Assembly (NCBI GenBank): GCA_005881885.1
Contig: VBDX01000139.1
Span: 2,913 to 66,912, forward strand
From: Chloroflexota bacterium
Lineage (GTDB): Bacteria > Chloroflexota > Limnocylindria > P2-11E
Length of the DNA: 64,000 bases
Direction: 5' to 3'
Part shown: piece by piece, positions 55,097-64,000 of the stretch
Layout: each line of letters starts with the position of its first letter
Position numbering within the stretch: the first letter of the stretch is position 1
Position numbers and translations under genes: made by a program
Notes under the pieces: generated by a model
Seen by the model: only the letters and a program-made list of their open reading frames with translations
Database searches by the model: none
Told to the model about the DNA's origin: nothing

Positions 55097-56487
55097 CGCA
55101 AGCGACGACAATCGGCGCGCTCCGCGAGACCAGCTACCGGCCGAAGACCGTGAAGCAGGAGCTCCGCGGAAACCTCATCTCGGCTCTCGCAGCGAAGCGC
55201 CCGATCTTCGACGGGATCGTCGGCTACGAAGCGACGGTCATCCCGCAGATCGAGAATGCCATGCTCTCGGGACAGGACATCATCCTGCTCGGCGAGCGCG
55301 GTCAGGCGAAGACGCGCATCGCGCGCAAGCTCATCGAGCTCCTCGATGAGGCGGTCCCGGCAATTGCGGGATGCGAGATCAACGACGAGCCCTTCGCGCC
55401 GATCTGCGCCGCATGCAAATATCGCATCGCGAACGACGGCGACTCCGTCGAGCTCGTCTGGCTCGCACCGGATCAGCGTTACAGCGAGAAGCTCGCGACA
55501 CCAGACATCTCGATCGCCGACCTCATCGGAGAAGTCGACCCAATCAAGGTGGCCGAGGGCCGCTACCTGTCCGACGAGCTGACCATCCACTACGGACTCG
55601 TGCCGCGCACGCACCGGGGCATCTTCACTCTGAACGAGCTCCCCGACCTCGCCGAGCGCGTGCAGGTCGGACTGCTGAATGTCATGGAGGAGCGCGACGT
55701 TCAGATCCGCGGCTATAAGGTGCGGCTCCCGCTCGATCTCTTCGTGGTCGCGTCGGCGAACCCGGAGGACTACACGAATCGCGGCCGCATCATCACGCCA
55801 CTGAAAGACCGGTTCGGCTCGCAGATCCGCACGCACTATCCCCGCGAGATCGCGACCGAGGTCGCGATCACCGAGCAGGAGCGACTCGCGTTCGTCGACG
55901 AGGGCATCACGACCGTCGTGCCGGGCTACATGAAAGAAGTCCTCGCCGAGATCTCCCAGCTCGCGCGCCGCTCGTCCGACATCTCACAGCGTTCGGGCGT
56001 CTCGGTCCGCGTCACCGTCGCGAACTACGAGAACATCGTCTCCGCGGCGCTGAAGCGGGCGCTGCGCACCGGTGAGACAAGCATCGTCCCGCGCATCAGC
56101 GATCTGCCCGCGGTGGTGGCGTCCACCGCCGGCAAGATCGAGCTCGAGTCGGTCGGAGAGATCTCCGAGGAGCGCGTCATCGACCGGCTCGTGCAGCGCG
56201 CGGTCCTGAACGTCTTCAACCGAACGTTCTCGCTTGTCGAGTTCGACTCGCTCCTCGCGGCGTTCCAGCGTGGCGCGACCATGCACGTCTCCTCCACGCT
56301 CGGCAGTCAGGAGTACGTGAAGCAGGCGCTCCAGATCCCCGGGATGAAGGGCGCAGTCGCAAAGCTCGGCGCGACCGGCAATCCCGCCGCCATCGCGGCG
56401 GCGGTGGAGTTCGTTCTCGAGGGCCTCCATCTCAATCGCAAGCTGAATAAGGAGCGCGGCGAGACGCGCTCTACGTTCAGGGCGTGA
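55093..56487 (+). CDS. AAA+ ATPase, Mg-chelatase/MoxR-like
   Basis: GERGQAKT, NELPDL, SANPEDYTNRGRII. Confidence 0.88.
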   Translation: MTQATTIGALRETSYRPKTVKQELRGNLISALAAKRPIFDGIVGYEATVIPQIENAMLSGQDIILLGERGQAKTRIARKLIELLDEAVPAIAGCEINDEPFAPICAACKYRIANDGDSVELVWLAPDQRYSEKLATPDISIADLIGEVDPIKVAEGRYLSDELTIHYGLVPRTHRGIFTLNELPDLAERVQVGLLNVMEERDVQIRGYKVRLPLDLFVVASANPEDYTNRGRIITPLKDRFGSQIRTHYPREIATEVAITEQERLAFVDEGITTVVPGYMKEVLAEISQLARRSSDISQRSGVSVRVTVANYENIVSAALKRALRTGETSIVPRISDLPAVVASTAGKIELESVGEISEERVIDRLVQRAVLNVFNRTFSLVEFDSLLAAFQRGATMHVSSTLGSQEYVKQALQIPGMKGAVAKLGATGNPAAIAAAVEFVLEGLHLNRKLNKERGETRSTFRA

Positions 56488-58517
56488 ACGAGCCAAACCC
56501 GGAGGAGCCGAGCGGCAACGAGCCGCCGGGACTCGCGCGGCAATTCGGTGACGTTCGCTATTCGCGCTGGGACGGAACGCAGCGCCTCGACGCACTCGAG
56601 GCCGACGAGCTGCTTGGCGCGATGTCCGACGAGCTTCTCTCGGGCGGCGATCTCGAGGATGCCATGGCGCGACTCGCTCGCTGGGGCATCCCCGGTCGCA
56701 TGGAGGGCCTGAAAGACTTCCTCGAGCGGCTGCGGATGGCCAAGCAGAGGCGCGCGCAGCGCCACGATCTCTCCAAGACGTTCGACCAGCTCAAAGAGAA
56801 GCTGGAAGAAGTGAAACGGCTCGAGCGAGAGGGACTCGATCGGCGGCGCAACGCACCCGCGCCCAACGAGCAGCTCCGAGCGGCCATGGAGAAGCTCGCC
56901 GCCGAGCGCATCGCACAGCTGGATCAGCTCCCGGATGATTTCGGCCGCGCGGTGCGCGCGCTCAAGGACTACGAGTTCGTCGAGCCGAAAGCGGCCCAGA
57001 TGTACCAGGAGCTCCTGAAGGAGCTGCAGCAGCAGGTCCTCGGTTCCTACTTCAAGAACATGCGCGACTCCCTCCAGAACCTGACGCCCGAGCAGCTGGA
57101 GCGAACGCGGCAGATGATCCGCGACTTGAATCGCGCCCTCAAGGAACGCATGGAGGGCGGCGAGCCCGACTTCGAGGCGTTCCAGCGGCAATATCCCGAG
57201 CTCGCCGGGCATGCGAAGGATTGGGACGATCTGCTCCGCCAGCTCGCGCAGGGCATGGCCGCGATGCGGTCGCTCTGGCAGTCGATGTCAGCGGACATGC
57301 GCTCGCAGCTCGAGGAGCTCCTCGGCGCAGCCTTCAACGATCCCGGTCTGCAGGCCGCGATGAACGAGCTCGCCGAGACGCTTGGGCAGCTCATGCCGAT
57401 GGAGGGCTACGAGCACGCGATCTCCGGGGACGAGCCGCTCACCCTCGCCGAGGCGCTCGGCCTTATGGACGAGATGAACCAGCTCTCGGACATGGAGGAC
57501 GTGGTCCGGAGCGCACGCAACTCCGAAGACCTCTCGGCGCTGGATCGCGAACAGGTCGAGCAGCTCGCCGGACCGTCGGCGAAACAGGCCTTGGACGACC
57601 TCCGCAGGATGACCCAGCTGCTCGAAGAGGCCGGCCTCATCCGCAAGGACGGGGACCGCTACGAGCTCACGCCACGCGGCATCCGGAAGATCGGCCAACG
57701 CTCGCTCGAAGAGATCTTCGCCACGCTCAAGAAGGACGCGTTCGGTGGCCACCGCGCGAAAGCACGCGGGCGCGGCGGGGACCCGACCGACGAGCTCAAG
57801 ACATACGAGTTCGGGGACCCGTTCCTGCTCGACCTTCCGGGCACGGTCCGCAACGCGGTCATGCGCGACGGCGCCGCCGTGCCGGTCAAACTGGCGGCGG
57901 ACGACTTCGACGTGTACCGGACCGAGCTCGTGACCCAGTCGGCAACGGCGATCCTCGTCGATGTGAGCCGGTCGATGCTCTTCCGCGGGTGCTTCCTCGC
58001 CGCAAAGAAAGTGACGCTCGCGCTTGACTCGCTGATCCGATCAACCTTTCCGAAAGACGACCTCTACATCGTCGGCTTTTCGGCGTACGCGCAGGAGCTC
58101 AAGCCGGCCGACCTGCCGCGCCTCACCTGGAACGAGTACGTATACGGGACGAACATGCAGCATGCGTTCGAGACGGCGCGAACGCTTCTCTCCCGCTCGC
58201 GCGGGAAGAACAAGCAGGTCATTCTGATCACCGACGGAGAGCCGACCGCCCACTTCGAGCAGGGCAACCCGATCCCGCGCTTTTCGTATCCGCCGACGAA
58301 GCGCACCTTCGAGGAGACGCTCCGCGAGGTCGTGCGCTGCACGCGCGAGGGCATCACGATCAATACGTTCATGCTGGCGCGCGGCCATTACCTCGTGGAC
58401 TTCGTGAACCAGATGTCGAAGATCAACACCGGGCGTGCCTTCTACGTCGAGCCGGAGCACCTCGGCGAGTACGTGCTCGTCGACTACGTCACGCACAAGA
58501 GGCGACGCGTCGCCTGA
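56484..58517 (+). CDS. VWA domain protein
   Basis: MIDAS DVSRS..T..TDGE after a long coiled-coil N-terminus. Confidence 0.88.
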   Translation: MNEPNPEEPSGNEPPGLARQFGDVRYSRWDGTQRLDALEADELLGAMSDELLSGGDLEDAMARLARWGIPGRMEGLKDFLERLRMAKQRRAQRHDLSKTFDQLKEKLEEVKRLEREGLDRRRNAPAPNEQLRAAMEKLAAERIAQLDQLPDDFGRAVRALKDYEFVEPKAAQMYQELLKELQQQVLGSYFKNMRDSLQNLTPEQLERTRQMIRDLNRALKERMEGGEPDFEAFQRQYPELAGHAKDWDDLLRQLAQGMAAMRSLWQSMSADMRSQLEELLGAAFNDPGLQAAMNELAETLGQLMPMEGYEHAISGDEPLTLAEALGLMDEMNQLSDMEDVVRSARNSEDLSALDREQVEQLAGPSAKQALDDLRRMTQLLEEAGLIRKDGDRYELTPRGIRKIGQRSLEEIFATLKKDAFGGHRAKARGRGGDPTDELKTYEFGDPFLLDLPGTVRNAVMRDGAAVPVKLAADDFDVYRTELVTQSATAILVDVSRSMLFRGCFLAAKKVTLALDSLIRSTFPKDDLYIVGFSAYAQELKPADLPRLTWNEYVYGTNMQHAFETARTLLSRSRGKNKQVILITDGEPTAHFEQGNPIPRFSYPPTKRTFEETLREVVRCTREGITINTFMLARGHYLVDFVNQMSKINTGRAFYVEPEHLGEYVLVDYVTHKRRRVA

Positions 58518-58537
58518 TCAGTCTCCGGGCTCGCTTT

Positions 58538-58930
58538 CTACACGCGGTCGATCGAGCGGCGGCCGAGTGAGAAGAACGCGGCGGCGAAGCAGACGGCCGC
58601 CCCGACGAAGGGCCAGTACACGAGACCGAGCGTCGCGCCGACGAAGCCGAAACCCGCGCCGACGCGCTCGAGGCCGGGCGTCGAAAGCCCGAAGAGGCTG
58701 CCGGTCTGGAACGCCCACGCGCTCCAGGCGCCGACGAAGCCGGTCCACGCGCCGAGGATCGCGGACGCCACGGCGGCCGAGCCGCCTTCGCGCGCGACCG
58801 CCCGGCCGAGCGTGACCCACACGACGACGGACACGAGGGCGCCGAGCCACCCGAGGACCGGGAGCTGCTCGAAGTAGCTGATCGCGACGAAGCCGATCGT
58901 TCCGATGAGGAAGAGACCGGGAAGTCGCAT
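58538..58930 (-). CDS. Hypothetical 4-TM protein
   Basis: Start MRLPGLFLIG at ATG 58930; hydrophobic helices. Confidence 0.65.
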   Translation of the reverse strand: MRLPGLFLIGTIGFVAISYFEQLPVLGWLGALVSVVVWVTLGRAVAREGGSAAVASAILGAWTGFVGAWSAWAFQTGSLFGLSTPGLERVGAGFGFVGATLGLVYWPFVGAAVCFAAAFFSLGRRSIDRV

Positions 58931-58995
58931 CGCCTCGAGGCTACCCGAGACCGCGCCGAGCGTCCGTATCGCACGAGACGGTCCACGCCCGCTGG

Positions 58996-59778
58996 TCAGG
59001 AGGGCCTGGTTGGATCGCCGGTCTTCATGAACGCCAACACGCGCCGCCAGGCGTCTTCGCACTCGCGCTTGTGCTCCGCGAAGCTCCGATCGAAGAAGGA
59101 ATGGGGCGCGCCCGGATAGGTCTCGATGTGGTGCTTGACGCCCGCATCGGCCAGGGCCGTATCGAAGGCGGCGATGTCCATCGCCGGGATCCCCGGATCG
59201 TCGCCGCCGAAGAGGCCTAGCACCGGCGCGCGCATGCGCCTACCCTCCTCCGCCGGGACCGGCCAGGTCTCCCCCTCGCGCTTCGACAGACGCCCGTAGA
59301 ACCCGACGACGCCCGCGAGATCCTTTTGCTCCGCCGACGAGAGGAACGCGATCCGACCGCCGAAGCAGAACCCCAGAACAAAGCGCCGCCGCGCTCCAGT
59401 CGCCTTTGCCAGATGGGCGAGGCTCGCGGCGATGTCGGCGAATACGCCCTTCGGCGTCGTCTGCTGGACGTGCGTCCTCGCGTCGAAGTCCTCCGCTCGG
59501 CGTTCGGCGCCGGCGGTGCGTCCGAAGTAGTCGAACGCGAGCGCAGAAATACCCGCGGACGCGAACCGCTCTGCGAGCTCTTCGTAGAAGGGATGGAGTC
59601 CGCGCACGTCCGGCGCAATCACGACGGCGGCGTCGCCGGCGGTCTTCGCGAGGTACGTCCGGAACTTCGTGCCGTCGGCGCTCGTGACGATCGCCTCTTC
59701 GCCGCCCGCGCCACCGGACATCGGCGGGAGAAGATCTTCGGGGATCGCGGGCGGCCGGGCACCGGGCGGATAACACAT
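58996..59778 (-). CDS. Dienelactone hydrolase family protein
   Basis: PDVRG, GFCFGG, GAPHSFF; AGGAGG SD. Confidence 0.9.
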   Translation of the reverse strand: MCYPPGARPPAIPEDLLPPMSGGAGGEEAIVTSADGTKFRTYLAKTAGDAAVVIAPDVRGLHPFYEELAERFASAGISALAFDYFGRTAGAERRAEDFDARTHVQQTTPKGVFADIAASLAHLAKATGARRRFVLGFCFGGRIAFLSSAEQKDLAGVVGFYGRLSKREGETWPVPAEEGRRMRAPVLGLFGGDDPGIPAMDIAAFDTALADAGVKHHIETYPGAPHSFFDRSFAEHKRECEDAWRRVLAFMKTGDPTRPS

Positions 59779-59819
59779 GGCGAACCTCCTGCGACGTTCG
59801 CTCGGTATGCTGCCAAAAG

Positions 59820-60782
59820 GTGAGCTGCGCCGTCGGGCTCGCATGGCACGATCGTTATCTCGGTCGCGGATTCGTCCCGCGGCGCGCGTCGTGGTCGCGC
59901 TATGCGCTCGCGCTCCGGTCATTCGACGACGCGGGTTTCTTCAGGCAAGGACTCGCGCCGTTTCTTGCGCCCGAGGCCAGCGAGGACGAGCTCGCGAGCG
60001 TGCACTCCGCCTCGTACCTCGCGTTCCTGCGCGAGCTGGATGCGCGCGGCGAAGGCCTGGTCGACGGCCGGCAAACGCCCGCCTACACCGGCATGCTCTT
60101 CCGCGCCGCGGTCGCGGTCGGCGGCACCGTGCTCGCCGCGCGCCTGGTCGGCAGCGGACGCGTGGCGCACGCGTTCAATCCCGCGGGTGGCCTTCATCAC
60201 GCGCATCCCGATCGGGCTTCGGGCTTTTGCATCTTGAACGACATCGCTATCGCGGTGCGTGTCATGCAGCGCGACGGCGTGCGCCGCATCGGGATCCTCG
60301 ATCTGGATGCGCACCACGGCGACGGGACGCAGGCGATCTTCTGGAGCGAGGACGTGCTCGTCGTCTCGATCCACGAACACGGCGGCCGGTTCTTCCCGGG
60401 CACCGGCGCGGTCGATGAGACCGGCGCGGGCGCGGGCGACGGCTTCACCTTGAACCTCCCGCTCGGGCGAGGCGACAGCGATGCAGCTTTTCTCACGGCC
60501 CTCGATGCGGGCCTCGCTCGGGTGCGCGCGCACCGGCCCGAGATCCTGCTCGTGCAATTCGGGACCGACGGGCACGTCGACGACCCCTTCAGCCACCTCC
60601 GGTTGAGCGACGCCGCTTACAGCGTCGCGGCCGAGCGGGCGCACGCGCTCGCGCACGAGGTCTGCGGCGGGGCGCTGGTCCTGCTCGGCGGTGGCGGTTA
60701 CGCCCCGGAGACCGTGGCTCGCATCTGGACTCGCGCCGTGGGGACAGTCGGCGGTTTCCGTATGCTCGCCCGGGATGGCTGA
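59820..60782 (+). CDS. HDAC/AcuC-family deacetylase
   Basis: GGLHHA, GFC, DLDAHHGDG, GTDGHVDDP, GGGGY. Confidence 0.9.
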   Translation: MSCAVGLAWHDRYLGRGFVPRRASWSRYALALRSFDDAGFFRQGLAPFLAPEASEDELASVHSASYLAFLRELDARGEGLVDGRQTPAYTGMLFRAAVAVGGTVLAARLVGSGRVAHAFNPAGGLHHAHPDRASGFCILNDIAIAVRVMQRDGVRRIGILDLDAHHGDGTQAIFWSEDVLVVSIHEHGGRFFPGTGAVDETGAGAGDGFTLNLPLGRGDSDAAFLTALDAGLARVRAHRPEILLVQFGTDGHVDDPFSHLRLSDAAYSVAAERAHALAHEVCGGALVLLGGGGYAPETVARIWTRAVGTVGGFRMLARDG

Positions 60783-61086
60783 CCTCAGGGAGCGAGTCGC
60801 AGCGAAACTCGCGGAGATGAGCCCCTATCTCGAACGGAGCGGCGGGCACGCCGAGCTCGTGGACGTCGAGGACGGGATTGCACGCCTCCGCGTGGCGCTC
60901 ACCCGCCCGCGGACGAGCCGGCTCGTCGCGTCGCTGCAATTCAAGAGCGGTATCGAGCGCGCGCTGCTCGACGACATCCCAGAGCTCCGCGGCGTCGAGG
61001 CCGTGAACCTGCCCCCCTACACCGTGCTTGGCTGGGACCAGCCGGACTTCAAGCCCGTGGACCTGCCGAACCCCGACGGCGCCTAG
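60775..61086 (+). CDS. NifU/Nfu-like domain protein lacking CxxC
   Basis: SPYLERSGGHAELVDV..KSGIE..IPEL..VEAV scaffold; contains no cysteine. Confidence 0.7.
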   Translation: MADLRERVAAKLAEMSPYLERSGGHAELVDVEDGIARLRVALTRPRTSRLVASLQFKSGIERALLDDIPELRGVEAVNLPPYTVLGWDQPDFKPVDLPNPDGA

Positions 61087-62012
61087 AGCACGACCTTCGC
61101 GACCGCTTCCAACTCCCGAGTCGGCGGCGCCGAGAGATCTGTCCGCAGCACCTGCACACACACGTGGTCCGCGCCGCGTCGGCGGTGCTCGACGACTCGT
61201 GACTTGATCGCTCCGGCATCGCCCCAGGCGACGATCGCGTCCACCAGCTTGTCGCTGCCGCCGTTCGCGAGATCGGCGTCGCTCCAGCCGAGCCGCCGCA
61301 GGTTCCTCGTGTAGTTGTCGAGATCGAGGTAGCGCTTCATGTGCCGGCGCGCGGTCGCGCGTGCCGTCGCCGAATCTTCGCTGAGCACGGCGGCCTGCTC
61401 CACGGCGAGGAGGGGACCCTCGCCGAGCTCCCGGCGCGCGACCGTCGTGTGCTCGACCGGGACGAAATAGGGATGGGCCCCGAGAGCGCGTTCACCCGCG
61501 AGCCGAAGCATCTGCGGGCCGAGAGCCGCGAGGACGCGGGGCGCGTCGACCTTCGGTCCGACATAGGGTGCCGCATCCATGGCATCGAGGTATCCCCGCA
61601 TGTGGTCTACCGGGCGTCCATACCTCTGCCCACGCATCTTCACAGTCGGGGCGTGGCTCACTCCGATGCCCAGCAGAAACCGATCCGGGTACGCGTCGAC
61701 CAGCGTTCGCGCGCCATTCGCCATAGCGATTGCATCGCGCGCCCAGATGTTCGCGATCCCCGTGGCGATGATGAGCTGCTGCGAGGCGGCGAGGAGGACA
61801 CCCGCATTCGCGAAAGCTTCCCTGCTGCCCAGGCCTTCGCCGATCCACAGCGCTCCAAAGCCGAGTGACTCGAGCGCACGGAGATACGCTCGCGCGGCCG
61901 CCACCGGCAGACGGTCGAGGTCGATGGTCCAGACGCCGACCGCTCCCAAGCGCCTGGCCCACCCGCGGGCCTTCTCGTGAGCGATGCCAGCAAGCCCAGG
62001 GCTCGCGCTCAT
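61083..62012 (-). CDS. LLM-class, probably F420-dependent, oxidoreductase (MSMEG_4141-like)
   Basis: ATGIANIWAR, LGIGVSH, AALGPQML, GADHVCVQ. Confidence 0.87.
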   Translation of the reverse strand: MSASPGLAGIAHEKARGWARRLGAVGVWTIDLDRLPVAAARAYLRALESLGFGALWIGEGLGSREAFANAGVLLAASQQLIIATGIANIWARDAIAMANGARTLVDAYPDRFLLGIGVSHAPTVKMRGQRYGRPVDHMRGYLDAMDAAPYVGPKVDAPRVLAALGPQMLRLAGERALGAHPYFVPVEHTTVARRELGEGPLLAVEQAAVLSEDSATARATARRHMKRYLDLDNYTRNLRRLGWSDADLANGGSDKLVDAIVAWGDAGAIKSRVVEHRRRGADHVCVQVLRTDLSAPPTRELEAVAKVVL

Positions 62013-62356
62013 CGTGTGAAGCGTACGCGCGGCGCTTCCGCGAGATCGAACTCGCTCATTCGCTCGCGTCCCAAGGAGACGAGTCGCTCGCGCGCCGATG
62101 TCGCGTCGGCGACGAGCGCCGCGACGTCGATGCCCTGACAGGAGGGCACGAAGGGCCGCAGGCGGTCGATGCCTTCCTCGAGGAGGACCGCTGCGCCGTG
62201 GAAATTGCCGCGGCGCCAGTGATGGAATCCGACGCCGACCTGGAGAATCCCGTGATAGAGATCGTGGATCGGTGGGCTCGTCGCCCGCCAGAGGAGCTCG
62301 AGTGTCTCGTGCTGCTCGAAGAATTCGCCCGCGTTGAACTGCTCGATTCCCCTCAC
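62009..62356 (-). CDS. DUF309 protein (start uncertain)
   Basis: FNAGEFFEQHETLE..W..GILQVGVGFHH..GN..GA. Confidence 0.85.
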   Translation of the reverse strand: MRGIEQFNAGEFFEQHETLELLWRATSPPIHDLYHGILQVGVGFHHWRRGNFHGAAVLLEEGIDRLRPFVPSCQGIDVAALVADATSARERLVSLGRERMSEFDLAEAPRVRFTR

Positions 62357-62456
62357 GAGCTCGGGCGGGGGCGGTTCACCGCAACGTGCGCGCGCGGGCT
62401 CGTTCGGCGCTCCGGCGGGCGCTCGCTTCGGCGGGCGCGCGGTCTTGCGCGCGCGG

Positions 62457-62822
62457 CTACTTGGCTCGGGCGTGCTCGGGCCCGAGGATCTTGCGGAAGT
62501 GGAGCTCCTCCTCGATGAACTCGCGCACCGTCTCGTTCTCGAATGCTTTGGGGAGCCCTTCTGGCGTGTCCGCATAGGAGACCTTGATGCCCTCGTGGAG
62601 ATCGTGCGCGGCCACGAGAAAGCCGTGCGGCAGCTGGTACAGGCGCGTGTATTGAAAATGCCAGACGGGCCCGGTCTGTCCGATCGCGCGGCCCTCGAAC
62701 TTGATGACGCGCGGCTCCTCGCTCACGATCTTCGCGTGCTTGGCGATCTCGCGCTTTGCCGTCGCACGCTCTTCCGCGGTCACATCGGCGGGAAGTGGGA
62801 ACTCCGCGATCTCGCTTGCCAC
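62457..62822 (-). CDS. Hypothetical protein
   Basis: 121-aa ORF with coding-like composition; TATCAT 8 nt before GTG. Confidence 0.7.
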   Translation of the reverse strand: MASEIAEFPLPADVTAEERATAKREIAKHAKIVSEEPRVIKFEGRAIGQTGPVWHFQYTRLYQLPHGFLVAAHDLHEGIKVSYADTPEGLPKAFENETVREFIEEELHFRKILGPEHARAK

Positions 62823-62894
62823 GTCGCGCGATGATAGGCTGGAAATTCAACACGCGAATTCTTCCACTGGAAGTGACGGGGGAACGAATCGCAG

Positions 62895-63137
62895 ATGGCG
62901 TACGTGATCACCGAACCGTGCATCGATGTGAAGGACGCGTCATGCGTCGATGTGTGTCCGGTTGACTGCATTTATACAACGGATGCAGACAACATGTATT
63001 TCATTCACCCTGATGAATGCATCGACTGCGGTGCCTGTGAATCGGTCTGTCCCGTAAGCGCGATCTTTCCGGAAGATGCGGTCCCCGACAAGTGGAAGAA
63101 TTACACGGAGATCAACAAGAACTACTTCAACAAGTAG
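62895..63137 (+). CDS. fdxA: Ferredoxin (7Fe/dicluster FdxA type)
   Basis: C..KDASCVDVCPVDC..CIDCGACESVCP. Confidence 0.95.
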   Translation: MAYVITEPCIDVKDASCVDVCPVDCIYTTDADNMYFIHPDECIDCGACESVCPVSAIFPEDAVPDKWKNYTEINKNYFNK

Positions 63138-63169
63138 TAACTTAGTAGTTGACGAGTGAAATCGACAGC

Positions 63170-64000
63170 CTATGGCCGCCGATTAATGTTCCTTCGACCC
63201 CGTGCACCGGCACGGACGCACTCAAGGCACTGATGCAGATATCGGCCTGGGTCGGACTCGTTTCGCCCGCGACCTTTTGAATGGCCTGACGCGGGCGTTC
63301 CACTTGTCGTGCCCGCGCAGACAGTACCGGGCACCTGCGACGCCGAAGGCAGGATTTCCGCGGGGTAGATCCGGCTGCGCATTGATGGTCCGCATTACGA
63401 ACTGCGCCTGCCGTCGCTTCACGTCGCCAATGAACGGCCAGAGAAGGTGTAGGGCTGTCTGCACCTTACGCGGTGTGACAACGCGCCAGCGGCGGTAAGG
63501 GGTTTGATCTTGGCTGTCCCGACGGACGCCAGAGATCCTGCCAAGCTCGCCGACAGCGGAATTGAGTCGAAGGAGTTCGGGGGCAACGCCCGATTCTGCC
63601 GACTGCGGGACGTAAAGCACTGGATAGAAGTAGCCGGGATGCGTCCGATGTTTCTCCAAATATGTCGAACCTTCCCCGTCAAAGAAACCGCCAGCCCACG
63701 CGAGCTCCTCGCTCATCGAGCCGGGCCAGACCACCGGAGGCAGCGCGGCGCCAAGTGTTCGTTTGAACTCGGCGCGCTTCACCGGGCAAAGCCAGGGACC
63801 GATGAGCTCCGCGACCCTCGCGATATCCGGCCGCGACGTCGCTTCCCAGTAGTAGAGAGGCTGCTTTCCTTCCATGATGAGCGGTCCCTTGATTCGGCCG
63901 ACACCAACGATCCGCCGAAACTTGCGCAGTACATCCGGGACGCCATCAGGATCGGCCTGGTTGATCCGGGATTGGACGCCTCGCTCCTTCCGATTTGCCC
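63170..64000 (-). CDS. Tandem LAGLIDADG-domain protein (5' end off window; frameshift near 63275)
   Basis: LAWAGGFFDGEGS motif; the frame is open from 63998 through a first homologous domain; C-terminal CLRGH and CLEC motifs lie in different frames. Confidence 0.8.

Noticed and set aside
62864-62874. TTCCACTGGAA palindrome upstream of the ferredoxin
   Set aside because: The 5-bp arms are too short to support an operator call without comparative data.
1-64000. CRISPR array, IS element, prophage, rRNA, canonical parS
   Set aside because: I saw no regularly spaced repeats, transposase/integrase/phage genes, rRNA signature or TGTTTCACGTGAAACA-like palindrome. The search was by eye only.

Overview
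Bacterial chromosomal window, very GC-rich (roughly 70% by eye). Gene content and order suggest Chloroflexota (inference). From left to right it holds: DUF2207, mgtE and a Rieske protein; an ECF-sigma/anti-sigma/PspC/LiaF-like envelope-stress operon; nrdR-dcd-yggT-DUF167; a dcw cluster (mraZ rsmH ftsL ftsI murF mraY pgeF murD ftsW murG murC murB ddl ftsQ sbp ftsA orf ftsZ, with no murE); fabH; two oligopeptidases; two ABC-2 exporters; RNase P RNA; RNase HI; tRNA-Ile(CAU); parAB; a MoaD-MoaE fusion; glcDEF; two LLM oxidoreductases; an amidase; an ATPase/AAA+/VWA operon; an HDAC-family protein; a ferredoxin; and a truncated tandem LAGLIDADG ORF at the right edge. No CRISPR array, IS or prophage was seen. 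The most interesting signals are ones the ORF track misses: (1) at least three genes appear to need a CUG start, and rsmH has no canonical start; (2) a leader-peptide/antiterminator/terminator attenuator sits upstream of an ABC exporter; (3) two copies of a 140-150 bp structured intergenic element have covarying stems; (4) short GC-rich palindromic repeats sit at gene junctions, several read in frame in cell-wall enzymes; (5) an APH-like protein and an Nfu-like protein have lost their catalytic residues; (6) the RNase P RNA is minimal. All calls are by eye, without database searches.
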